NCBI GenBank assembly: GCA_950097015.1
Contig: CATNEN010000037.1
Location: forward strand, 3,472,001 to 3,536,000
DNA: 64,000 nucleotides
Direction: 5' to 3'
Origin: Macrostomum hystrix
Taxonomy: Eukaryota; Animalia; Platyhelminthes
The position numbers were made by a program, and so were the translations under genes. Shown piece by piece: positions 49,301 to 60,179 of this stretch (position 1 is its first letter; every line of letters starts with the position of its first letter). Under the pieces are notes generated by a model. The model ran no database searches and was not told the DNA's origin. It saw only the letters and a list, made by a program, of their open reading frames with translations.

Positions 49301-52300
49301 CAGAATAGGAATTAATTAACAACAAATCAATCAACCTGTCAATCGGTTTGTGTGAACTGTCAACAGATTTGATTAAAAAAAGCGATTTCCCTAGCTTATT
49401 CATCAACAGAGCTTAAGTTAATATGAGCCGTACAATATTTTAAATCAAGCTTTTCTTTCTAAGCTTCCAAAGCCGACTCAGGGCAGGTATAACAATCAAC
49501 TTTGACATGATCGTCCTTTTTTCCTAAGAGCAATTTTCTTTCTTATCTACGCAGCGCATAGCAGAGAGTGAAAATAGAAAATTAGGATAAAAATGCTGTT
49601 TTAAGGAGTGGGATAGAGTCGGCGTGAGGTGGGTGTCATGAGGGGAGGAGTGAAAAGAATGGAAAGAAGGACATAGGCAGCCAATGAGACTTTGTTGGAA
49701 AGAGGTGGCGTGAGGTGGGTATCGAACGGGTCATTGTTTTGTAAAAAGGAAGCACATTTATTAATTCAATATTTTTGGGACACGAGTTACCGATATGGGT
49801 GTCAGGGTTAGGGTAAGACTTAAATTGAATGGAATAAACAGCATTCTCAGCGTCAACCGATGAGAAATTGTTAGGGAGAGAGGTTTGCTGGAATGGGGTG
49901 AGGTGGATGTCAAGCGAAAGTAGAACTTTAATTTAAGGATAATAATTGCATAAGTATGTCAGTTAATTAAAACCAGCTAGGAAGTGCTTGGGGAATGGCG
50001 TGAGGTGGACAAGTAGACCAGGGTACTGACCAGGGTAAGTAGTGAAAGGCGAACCGCACACGTCGGTCCGGTTGACAAGGCACAGCGACACCCTGTAGAG
50101 AACCGCCGAACGTTGGCCGTCCGACGACGTCAGGGAAGACGCAGCTGATGAGGAAGCGGCTTCAGCCGGCAGCGAGGCCGGAGCGACGGCGACGCTAAGA
50201 CCGTCGGGCTGGTAGGCCAAGCAGCCGACTCCGTCCGCTGCTGCCGGAGATCGCCAGGTCGCGCCAGCGTCGGCGGAGGCTTCAACGCGGGCGCAGTAGC
50301 CGGGCAGGCCGCGGAAGGCAAGCCGGCCGACCGTCGGGTCCCAGCTGGCGTCGCGAACCTGCGGCAGCCTGAGGTGGCCGGTGCTGACGATAACGTCGAC
50401 TCCCCCCATAGGAGCGGAGGCGGATTCGCCAAGGCGGTTCTCGGCCACGCAGATCACCGTGTAGGCTGTGTCCGGGAACAGACCGCCGATGGTCACCTCG
50501 CCGGCGTCGGCGTCCACCAGCAGCGGCGGCGAGGTGGCCGTCCGCACTCCGACGCTGGCGTTCCAGCCAACCAGGCGCAGTCGAAGCCTTGCGGGGTAGC
50601 CGCCGTCGAAGCCGGGCTGCCAGGCGATTCGTATGGAGTCCCAAGCCACCGGTACAGCGGAGAGCCGCCGTGGAGGATCAGGAGGAGAGGCCGCCAACAT
50701 CTGCAGCCGGCGCTGCACCGTGCCGAGAGAATTGCTCACCTGGAAGAATCGGGTTGGTGACAGGTCAGCATCAGACAAGCGAAAATAAACATCCTTGAAT
50801 ACTTGAATCCTTATAATCCTCGTGCCAGATTCTTGGAATCGTACCAGATTTTTGGAATCGTACCAGATTCTTGGAATTGTAGTAGATTCTTGGATTTGTT
50901 CTAGATTCTTGGAATCGTACCAGATTCTTGGAATCGTACCAGATTCTTGGAATCCTACCAGATTGTTGGAATCGTACTAGATTCTTGGAATCCTACCAGA
51001 TTCTTGGAATCGTAACAGATTCTTGGTATCCTACCAGATTCTTGGAATCCTACCAGATTCTTGGAATCGTACCAGATTCCTGGAATCGTACTAGATTCTT
51101 GGAATCCTACCAAATTATTGGAATCCTACCAGATTCTTGGTATCGTAACAGATTCTTGTAATCTTTCCACATTTCTGAAACCCTTAATTTAAACAATTCG
51201 ACAGATTTGAATCTTGTTTGTACAATATCTATATTTTCAATGCCCACCTGGCAGGTATAATTTCCTAACACTGGCTGATCATCGCCGCGTAGCAATAACG
51301 GCGCTGACGACGTCAACCGCCACGGCGGTCCATCGGCGGAGGTGATGGAGGCGCTGCCAGTGACAGCGCTTCGGTCGGGGGTGAGCCACGTGACCCGGTA
51401 GCCGGGATGGGACACGAATTCGCAGGTTAGGGAGGCCGGCTTGCCAGGAACTAGAGACGCCTTGTCGAAGTTGTTGACTATCATTGGCTCAGCTGTGGGC
51501 GAGTCATGAGTAGAACAGGTTATAATTAGCACTGGTATGCTCACATAATTGAATGAGCAGCCGTGAACTCACTCATTACGTCCAGCTTGTGCTCAGCGGT
51601 ACTATTGCCAAGCTCATTGTCTGCTGAGCACTGGAACACGCCAGTGTCGTTTAGTCGCATTGTAGAGCGTTCCGTACCGCGAAAATGTAAAACCAGCTGG
51701 TACTCATACCTGAGCATAGTTGAGAATGATTCAAGAACTCAATGTTAGATTATGCGAGTTTAGAAAGGTCGAGGGTTCGAATTTACTAATAAGACAAAGG
51801 AAAAGCTTAAATAAAAGTTCCAAGAAACAAAAACGTTTTTGCCTTAAAAAAGCAAACTATGTTTCGCTTAAACTTTTTACATCAACCCACATGGCTGAAC
51901 AAAACAAACAAACAAAGGATGCACTTTTCGTCGAAAACTAATAAAAGAACGTCGATGATGTACTTTTGGGTCATAGTTGACAATAAAAATAATGTTATCT
52001 CCCAAATTGCACAATACCGAGTCATGAGCACAGAGAACTAGCTACTCACGGATCGTTGCCAAGTCCGGCCAGCTCCGTGAACATCGTCGGCTGTGTCCTG
52101 ACGCCGTCGCGCAGCCAGCGCAGCCGCGGCGCTGGATTGGCCCTGGCTCGGCAGACCAGGCTAAAATCCGTTGAACCAGCTCGCGCCGACTCTGTTGAAG
52201 GTGCGACATCAATGCTGACGTTCGGCGCCTGGCGAACCAGAAGGCTGACTGGGGCGGACTCGCTGGCACCCAATTCGTTGACGGCCCGACAAGCGTAGGA

Positions 52301-54223
52301 GCCGCTGTCGGACAGGCCGACTGACTGGAACTGGACGGTGGACCCGGGTGGCATGGCAGACCTGGCCGGGTCGGTCCTGACCCAGGCCAGACTGGGCGGC
52401 GGCTGACCCGGCATGGCCTGATTGGCTCGGCAGGTCAGGTTCACCGGCTGGCCAGCTAGGAAGGCCTCGCGCGGCTGCGATGCCGCAGGCGGCCCAGGCC
52501 GGTAGCGGACGGTGAGGCTGACAGCAGAGGAAGCCGAATAGGTCGTTGGCTGTCCGGAGCTGGCCGCGAGAGTCGACTGAACCTCGCAGCGCCATTCGCC
52601 GGCGTGTCGCCGCGGGTCGACGCCGTTTAGTTGCAGCGCGCCGTTGTCAGCCGACGCCGTAGATAATTTCACGACGAAACCGGTGGCGGAATGACGCCAC
52701 TCAATCTCAGGCGGCAGTGGATTGCCATCCACGGTGCAGGGCAGGCTGACGGAGCCGCCAGCGTCCACAACCATGGAGGCCGGCGTCCGGACGGTTGGCT
52801 GGTACAGCACCGACAGGCGGAAGGCTGAGGTGGCCACGCCGAGCGAGTTGACGGCGCGGCAGGCCAGGCCGCCGGCGTGCGACCGGATCACCGGTGACAG
52901 GGTGAAGTGGCCGCTAGGCGAGTCTGCAAACAAGTTTTTGAAGTCGAGGTCGTTCTGAAACTCACTCGGCCGGTCACAGTACACGTCTTTAACAAAAAAT
53001 AATAATAGCCGACGGCACAGCCGCAGCTATGAAGGCAGCCAGTGTCTCGCCAGAGTACAAAGATTTTTCTAGGGGAGTCGGGAATCGAACCCCCGACCTC
53101 TAAGTCATGAGCCCGAAGCTCTAACCACTAGGCTACACGTCTTTCTAAAACCTAGAAATCAACCCTAAAGTCCCTTTGTCGCTTTTGCCCCTCTACCCCT
53201 TTGAAGTCATCTTGTACATGTATCAGTCCATATATAAATATTGACCATTGTTCAGGTCGAACCTTTAACAGCCGATACTACTGAATCTATTGCACTCAAG
53301 CTTCCGCGTCAGTAGTATATTAAGGACCAAATACGTGGACCTACCTTGAATCACGGAGCCGTTGGCGCTAACGAGTTGCATCTGCGGTTGAGGATAGCCG
53401 CGAGCCGAGCAGGCAATTGTGACGGACGTGCCCTCCACGGCCGTCAGGTCAGAATTGGTGGCGATTGTTGGCTTGTCTGCAATCACGGAGGGGTCCTATT
53501 TATTGAGAGCAGATACTACTGACAGTAACTAAGAGTCGACTAAAGCTAGACTAAAAACCAACAGAATACTACTTAGGAATGCTAACGAAAGAAAACTAAT
53601 GAAAAAATGGATAGTTGATGAAAAGACTAATTAAAAAAACAATTAGGAATCGACTAAACATCATTTAAGAATCTATTGAAACAAATTTGAATAAGAATCG
53701 ACTGAAAATGGATTAATAATCGACTGAAAATTGATTAAGAATCGACTGAAAATGGATAAAGGAACGACTGAAACCCATAAAAAATCGACCAAAAATCAAT
53801 TGAGAATCGACCAAAAATCAATTGAGAATCGACCAAAATTTAATTTTAGAATCAGCACAACAATCAGAGATCAGTGTATAATCTGTGGCTGAGGCTACTC
53901 ACGTTGCACCAACAATTTGACTTCAGTTGAAACGCTGGAGTTGCTGATCTCAATCTGCACAGTTGAGCACACCAGAACCGCCTCATGATCCGAGCTGTAC
54001 ACAGTCAGGCTGAGCACACTGCTCGCAGAGTAGAATTTATTCCCTGGCGGAGAATAGGCCGCCTCTGGCGTGAGGTCGACCGACTCGCCGGCGGTGGGGA
54101 TTTTCAGCCAGGTGAGTCGAGGCGCCGGATTCCAGCCATTGCCGCTGCTGCAGGTGAAGGTGGCGCGGTCGCCGGAGGTCAGCAGGCTGGGACTCTGAGC
54201 AATCGACGGCTCGGAACCGGACG
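46248..54223 (-). CDS. Gene A: echinoid/nephrin-like IgSF type-I membrane adhesion protein (5'-partial; Ig2-Ig7, FN3, FN3-like, TM, tail ending KVIYEVVV)
   Basis: Hand-spliced join(54223-53903,53476-53345,52923-52050,51709-51573,51492-51248,50739-50031,47701-47527,47277-47036,46339-46248): 2927 nt, all GT-AG, phases 1,1,2,1,0,1,2,1 consistent, open to TGA. Ig C..W..YxC motifs, FN3 W..GFDGG, hydrophobic TM. Architecture and EVVV terminus resemble Drosophila Echinoid/Fred (7 Ig + 2 FN3, C-terminal EIIV). Confidence 0.88.
46452..46955. repeat. 12-bp G-rich minisatellite (GGGAAGGGSGTA)
   Basis: Tandem units in the last intron of Gene A. Confidence 0.95.
47036..47277 (-). CDS. Gene A exon: cytoplasmic low-complexity region ([13 protein letters not shown]...MHLFPN)
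   Basis: cttccag| ... g|gtgagc; 242 nt, phase 2-1, open in the required frame. Confidence 0.78.
47385..47510. repeat. ~12-bp repeat (CCCTGACAGATT/CAT)
   Basis: Degenerate tandem units in a 249-nt intron. Confidence 0.8.
47527..47701 (-). CDS. Gene A exon: transmembrane helix ([24 protein letters not shown], then TRR) and juxtamembrane tail
   Basis: tttcag| ... |gtgagt; 175 nt, phase 1-2; long hydrophobic run followed by basic stop-transfer residues. Confidence 0.88.
48447..49230. repeat. (TCAC)n microsatellite, about 195 units with rare variants
   Basis: Tetranucleotide run. Confidence 0.99.
50031..50739 (-). CDS. Gene A exon: end of Ig7, FN3 ([25 protein letters not shown]) and Cys-rich FN3-like domain
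   Basis: Inside ORF 49963-50778; ttccag| acceptor; donor g|gtcagt chosen for phase 1 (matches Gene B), so the exact donor is less certain. Confidence 0.85.
50825..51160. repeat. 19-bp minisatellite (GTACCAGATTCTTGGAATC), about 18 units
   Basis: Tandem units in a Gene A-specific intron. Confidence 0.94.
51248..51492 (-). CDS. Gene A exon: most of Ig7 ([10 protein letters not shown]...[15 protein letters not shown]...GNYTCQ)
   Basis: cccacag| ... cag|gtgggc; 245 nt, phase 1-0. Confidence 0.88.
51573..51709 (-). CDS. Gene A exon: second half of Ig6 ([34 protein letters not shown]...)
   Basis: ctcag| ... |gtgagt; 137 nt, phase 2-1; same length as Gene B exon 8394-8530 and shares LHFRGTER. Confidence 0.88.
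52050..52923 (-). CDS. Gene A exon: end of Ig3, Ig4, Ig5, first half of Ig6
   Basis: Inside ORF 52046-52984; tttgcag| ... |gtgagt; 874 nt, phase 1-2; repeated Ig C/W/YxC motifs. Confidence 0.92.
52991..53133 (-). mobile_element. Short SINE family-1 derivative flanked by an 11-bp target-site duplication (TACACGTCTTT)
   Basis: A box TAGCCTAGTGG and B box GGTTCGATTCC on minus; family 3' motif GCCGACGGCACAGCCGCAGCTAT; direct repeat at 52980-52990 and 53134-53144. Confidence 0.72.
53345..53476 (-). CDS. Gene A exon: first half of Ig3 ([31 protein letters not shown]...)
   Basis: ttgcag| ... |gtaggt; 132 nt, same length and phase as the paralogous Gene B exon 12430-12561. Confidence 0.88.
53640..53850. 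repeat. Degenerate ~20-bp repeat (AATCGACTGAAAATKGATTAAG)
   Basis: AATCGAC recurs about every 20-22 bp. Confidence 0.7.
53903..54223 (-). CDS. Gene A exon: Ig2 (nephrin-type C2-set), SGSEPSIAQ...[17 protein letters not shown]...DHEAVLVC...VKLLVQ
   Basis: Acceptor ctacag|, donor |gtgagt, 321 nt, phase 1-1; not given as this frame in the ORF track (no Met). Confidence 0.88.
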
Positions 54224-54305
54224 CTGTAGTTTTTTAAAAGGCGAAAATGCGTCAGAAAGTCGTAGAACATGTACGCATACAAATGTAAATAATAGCAGCT
54301 GCGAC

Positions 54306-54700
54306 AGCCAATCAGAGTTGCGGAGTGGGGTTGGTAGGTAAACGGAAATCGATATTTGCGACAAATATTTGTTTAGTTTTGATCGGTAAATTCTCAAGAA
54401 ATTGTTCACAATTCACTACCCTCTAGCTCACTCTAAATAAAAATAATGACGTCACACTTTCCAGATGCCATTGTTGAATTGCAATCCCTAAACAGGGAAT
54501 CGGTGCAGTTAAAATGGTCTCCTTCCTAATAGGCTTCGAGTTCCTCGCACAGCAATAGGCCGCATGACAGCTGTCAATCTCTCAGCGGTTTCGCAAACAC
54601 TGCCGAGAGAGAGAGAGAGAGAGAGAGAGAAAGTCGTGTGATTATTCTGTCCTCGCCCGCTCGAAGGGGGGGGAGCCAGCTGATCGATAGGCGGGGCGGG
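54306..54700. promoter_or_regulatory. Cluster of promoter-type motifs: CCAAT (AGCCAATCAG, 54306-54315), CRE (TGACGTCA, 54447-54454), GC box (GGGGCGGG, 54693-54700)
   Basis: Motif matches only; no transcript evidence. Confidence 0.3.
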
Positions 54701-56944
54701 CATCGATTTGGGGACTGGGATGCAGGAACTGTTTGGGAATCGCAGTCAGCCAGCTGGCTTACGGGCGTCAATCAGTAAGGAAGAGCAGGCGTTGATGGTG
54801 GATCGCGGCAACAAATGGGAGAGACGAGAGAACTGCAATTCTGATTGCACAATCGTTGCTACTAGGAAGTCGTTGCTTAAAAGGCAAATATGCAATAATT
54901 TTTTGCTGGATTCATTTTTAAAGGAACTTTCATTAACTTTGCCGAAGTTAATCTACTACGTTTAATCTCATCAATCCAGCCAGTCAGCCAATTTCTCTGT
55001 CTGTTTGCGCAATCATTGTTCGTGTCTGAGCACTTGGCATTCTAGTTAAGTAATAGTGTTTGAGCACATACTCAATGATGTGGAAGAACGCGTTAATGAG
55101 CAAAGTCCAATGACTATAATAATAGATTTATGCTGATTGGGAATAAAAAAAATGTTAAGCCATCATGAATGCCCGACAATGGAAAGAACAGAGTTCTGTC
55201 AGAGAGACAGACTAACAGACCAACTTCCATACTCATGATTGGAGCAGGGATAGCGAGAGAACCCCACAGGTTCTATCAGCAGCTGCGCCACTTCATTCCC
55301 ACACTGAAGCAGAGGATGTGGCAGCAGCAGCGGAAGGGAATAGAGAAAAATAGAAATATGGGGAAAAACAATAGCACACGGGCTGCACAATTGCGTGACA
55401 AGAGGAGACTCAGCAGCAAACTCTCGGAGATGCTCGGGCCAGATACGGGGTGGGACACTCAACGGAGCTCAAGAGCTGCCCAACCAGCTGTCAGTTTACT
55501 GGGCACTACAACAACACTGGCCGCAATATGCCTAGGCGCACATTGGACAAATTTTTGTAGCCTGCAGGCTCGGTACGACATGCCCAGGCGGAGAAAGGTC
55601 TCGCTGCTAGACAAACGCGCCACTGAGCTTCTCTAATAAGTTAAATAGGCCGACAACAAAGTCTAGACGCAATCTTTCCTCAGACCAGTTCGATCTGGGC
55701 ATGGTGGCACTGCATGGCGACAGACTGTTAGTTAGCAGTAGCCTTAGGGGGAATAGGGGTAGGGGCGGGCTGGCCAGTTTCCAAACCCAGCCAGGTAAGA
55801 CAGCCTACAAATGCAGGCAACACATGCCAGCAAATGCCGGCGATGACCAAAGCTTGGCCATGGTCTAATCAGCATTCCAAGGCAAAAACAGAGTCGCGCC
55901 TCGCACTCATTGCTGCTCACACAGCTACGCCATGGCAACTAAAATACTTGCGGAAGGAGGGTGAGGGAAGGAATGCGACCACGTTGTCTCGCATTTTATT
56001 TGAAGAATGAAAACGTCTCCCACCTCCCGCTCCGGCACGTCAGCAGGCCGCGCAAATTCATGAGTCAACAAGCGAAACTCGAGTTAGCGGACTTAGCAAC
56101 AGGAATATGCATACAGATATGTGTATGCGAACGGTAGCCTAACAGCAGGGGCGTGCGACAGACATTCGGAATCTATACACCCGAAGTCCCAGCATCTATA
56201 GATATTTATTAACAAGCTAAAAGGAAGTCGGCATCCAGCATTATATATAGACAGATTGGTATAGGCCGATAGATGGGTCAAAGTTCAACTAACTAACTGA
56301 CTGGTGTTGCAATGTTGCTTTAGCAAACACAAATTCAGCTCCCGTCGTTGCAATTTATCTGTAAGATTTCTTCTATAGGTGGAGAAATCTCCAACAGCCT
56401 CATTAACAGTTTCTTCTGTCTCGCCCTATAGGCGATGCTTGTTGAAGCCGAAGGCTATTTTGAATTTTCCTAACAGAACGGAAGATTCTTTTGTGTTTGT
56501 GTGACGCCGCACAGATGGCACCAGAATGCGTCCACTTCACTTCACCCCCGGATGTGTGAAGGCCGCATCACGTAGGGCCATAAAAAAGAAAAAAGGCATT
56601 TATCTCTGTCCGTTTCTCCATTCGCTTCCCTTCTTGTTTCGCATTCATTCTCTCTTTTCAGTTTATCAGATTCTTTCAACTGATTAAGCAGGGGAGTGTG
56701 TGCAGGCACTGGTCTTGCGCACCCTCACACAAACACTTTGTCGGAGACGGAGAAGATTTTTAATTCGACCCAAAGTTGCAGAATCTGCAAAAACTAATTT
56801 TACTTCCAACCGGAGCTGGTTGCTAGTCCAACTTTGGGATTAGTGTACGTTGGGTCCAGGAGCTCGGAGACCTCAAAAGGACAGTTATAGTATATCTTCA
56901 GCATTTGCAGGGGCTGAGAGTACTGAGCACAGTCAACTTTGCAT

Positions 56945-57085
56945 TTCTCATAGTCTGGCAGGTACACTCTCACTTGGCCCTGATGCGCGGGCGAAATATG
57001 TACGAGTAAGACAAGTCCCCAAGCCTTCTCTCCGTGGCTGCGCCCCAAACTAATGTGACCTCGCAGTGGATTCAAGCTACTTGTG
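56945..57085 (-). mobile_element. Interspersed repeat family 2, 5'-truncated inverted copy
   Basis: Reverse complement matches 34915-35052 over two blocks. Confidence 0.6.
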
Positions 57086-58479
57086 AGCAAAGTAAGAAAA
57101 AGATAAAAAAAAACTTTAAATGCAGTAGTTGGACTCAAATGTGTTTTCCGGACTATGAAGAGAAATCAATTTTCTTCCTATCTGCCAGTTATGTGCAACG
57201 AGATTCAAAATATTACTAATTTTTTAGTTTCATTCCGTATTTTGTAAACAAAATAACGATCAGAAATTTAAGTATAAAACTGTACAGAAATATTTATCCA
57301 TTGCAACATTCAGGTCTCTATAATACATATTCATTGCCTAGGCCCGGGTGTTTTCATTTTTTGTTTCAGCTCAATGGTAATGAATCTATGAGTTAGAAAA
57401 AGTGAGAGATTATAAAACAAGGATCAACTGGGCGTGTTTGCAGTGCGCTCCGCTGCTTGAGCACAGCTGAGCAATGCTGCCAGTTTAAACAAACGCTGAG
57501 ACTCGACATGCGCGGTGCTCCGAGAGCGGCCTTGTTCAACATGAACTCTGCGCACAGTCATTGTTGTTTTTTCTGTCTTTTTTTCAACTAAAGTCACTCA
57601 GAAATGCGTCAGCCACTGTTTCATTTTCCCTTGCAACAATGCAACTTTTGCGGAGTGTTTTAAAACGGAACTGGACTTGCAAATACAAAAAATCGTGCAA
57701 CTACAATAGACGCGACTGATGAGTGTCTTTGTGGCTCCAACCGCCAAGCAAAACTCTCTCACTGTCTGTCTCACTTGTGTCAACACGTTTCTAAAAGCAA
57801 TTTCCCATCCTCCCAAATGATGGGAGGACAGAATTTTGCACAGGTAGCAGCAGACAGTTAGATTCAGGTACTATACTATTAGTTCATTTATATAAATGAT
57901 TTCAGTCCAGCGGTAAAAAATGATGGCATTGCTGCGGGACCGCGGAGTCTGCTGAGTCAAGCTGATGCCACCCACCTGTCAGAGCTTTCAGACACTCCAA
58001 GCAGGTGGTAGACAATTGAAAATTCAGCTCTAAGCTTTCCCTGTGCATTGGCCTGGCTTGGAAATGCGGGCGGGCCGTCTGAGCCGCCCACAGCCTCATC
58101 TCATCAGCTCTCAACAGCACAGCGTGTCAGCTGAGCAGCAGCCTGTAAAAAGTCTAGGGAAAATGAAAATTGACCAGCTCAGCTCAATCTCAGTCAGCTG
58201 CTCAATAGCCGAGCAGTGTGGCGTGAGTTTTCCCATTAATGTAGAGTCACTCCCTCGAGCGCTTCTTCTGGGCATCACTTCTCAAGCGTCGTCGACTCAG
58301 CCAGTTTGTCCTAGGTTCTTTTTTATTCTAATCCGAAATCTTGCCGAGTGATGGATGATGAAAAATGGCAAAGTTAGATTGTTGCGCTTGCGTTGAGATG
58401 GCAGAAGTTATACATCATAGGCTGATAAGATTGATCTCGGTCATATTCAACCTGGTCTTTCAAAGGCCTGATTTCGCTT

Positions 58480-59095
58480 CCTGATCCTTCAGGACTGAAT
58501 AGATACCACCTGATCCTTCAGGACTAGATAGAAGCCTCCTGATCCTTCAGGACTGAATAGATACCACCTGATCCTTCAGGACTAGATAGAAGCCTCCTGA
58601 TCCTTCAGCACTGATAGATACCACCTGATCCTTCAGGACTAGATAGAAGCCTCCTGATCCTTCAGGACTAGATAGAAGCCTCCTGATCCTTCAGGACTAG
58701 ATAGATACCACCTGATCCTTCAGGACTGAATAGATACCACCTAATCCTTCAGGACTAGATAGAAGCCTCCTGATCCTTCAGGACTGAATAGATACCTCCT
58801 GATCCTTCAGGACTGAATAGATACCACCTGATCCTTCAGGACTAGATAGAAGCCTCCTGATCCTTCAGGACTGAATAGATACCACCTGATCCTTCAGGAC
58901 TGAATAGATACCACCTGATCCTTCAGGACTAGATAGAAGCCTCCTGATCCTTCAGGACTAGATAGAAGCCTCCTGATCCTTCAGGACTAGATAGAAGCCT
59001 CCTGATCCTTCAGGACTAGATAGAAGCCTCCTGATCCTTCAGGACTAGATAGAAGCCTCCTGATCCTTCAGGACTAGATAGATAGCACCTGATCT
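58480..59095. repeat. 29-bp hairpin minisatellite (CCTGATCCTTCAGGAC + TAGATAGAAGCCT or TGAATAGATACCA)
   Basis: About 21 tandem units with two variants. Confidence 0.95.
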
Positions 59096-60179
59096 TTGTC
59101 TCGCAGCCCATAAAGAATCAGTTAAGACTGTCACACGCGATGACATTTATGATCTCCCCAAAAAATTCAGAGCATTTTTAGTCAGCAGAAGCAATTCAAA
59201 TGAACATAAAATATGGCATTGCCATAAATAATAGAAATAATTTGGCTGATTCCAGAATCGGGGCTTCCAGAAAGTGTTTAAGTTTTAGCCTAAAATATTA
59301 TATATAGGTAAATTATACACACCTAATTATTTTCTATTGCGCGCCAGAAAATTGTCCCCAATAATCCCTTTTAGGGGAGGAAAATCAGTTCCGTTTTTAG
59401 ATCCCCAAAACCGCGACGCTAGAAAATAATCCCCCCGATTATTAATATGGCAAGTGATGGACCATACTGCGCAGTCTGTCTGCAAATTCGGGACACGAAT
59501 ATATCGATCTGGCCGTTCTGGAAACTCACACTTGGGGGTCCATTCCCCAAGCATTCCTAGCCGCTAATATAGGGAGATACCGCATGGACTAGCGAGCAGA
59601 AATGAGGCCAGAGCTGGGACACCAGCGAGGTTGATACATGCAAACTGTGCTTTCTTACATTTTTTGTTAAATTAACTGGGCCATATAGCGGGTCGTCGCT
59701 ATTGGGATTTGAAAGAAAGAAAGCCCAACTGGGGATCATAACCTCTTCGCTCGCAATTCGAATGATGACGAATTCGATGGTGGCCTGGAGAATCAGGGTG
59801 GAAATGATCGCCTGACATCTGTTGAGTCTGCTGTTGTCGGTTACATAAATTCCGGCAGTTTTTTCGGGTCAAGCCCTTACGGAAGGAGCTTAAAAGCATT
59901 TGGAATTGCAGAATATAATGTTGCTTCTTTTGTTTGCTCCTACTGGCTTCTTGTTCAATGTCTGTCTGGCTATTCAATTTCCTAATGAGTGGGAAATTAC
60001 AGTCACCTTTCTTCCTGTCTCCTCTCTGCTTTTTTCGTCTGCTAGCTTTTCAATCCCCAATATTATTTTCGATATTATCACAACAATCTCACTTTCTAAA
60101 ACATAGTGTCTCCATAGTACTCCAGTCTCTCACTTACTTTACCCTAGTCTTCCATGTCTTGCTACCCCATTCTCCCATC

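Noticed and set aside
56800-57138. 112-aa minus-strand ORF
   Set aside because: It overlaps an interspersed repeat whose other copy does not keep the frame, and has no recognisable domain.
58480-59095. CRISPR-like hairpin repeat
   Set aside because: There are no unique spacers (only two alternating 13-nt linkers), no cas genes, and the context is spliceosomal eukaryotic DNA.
59327-59977. Cluster of short ORFs with mildly protein-like text
   Set aside because: No consistent splice signals, domain motifs or link to Gene A.
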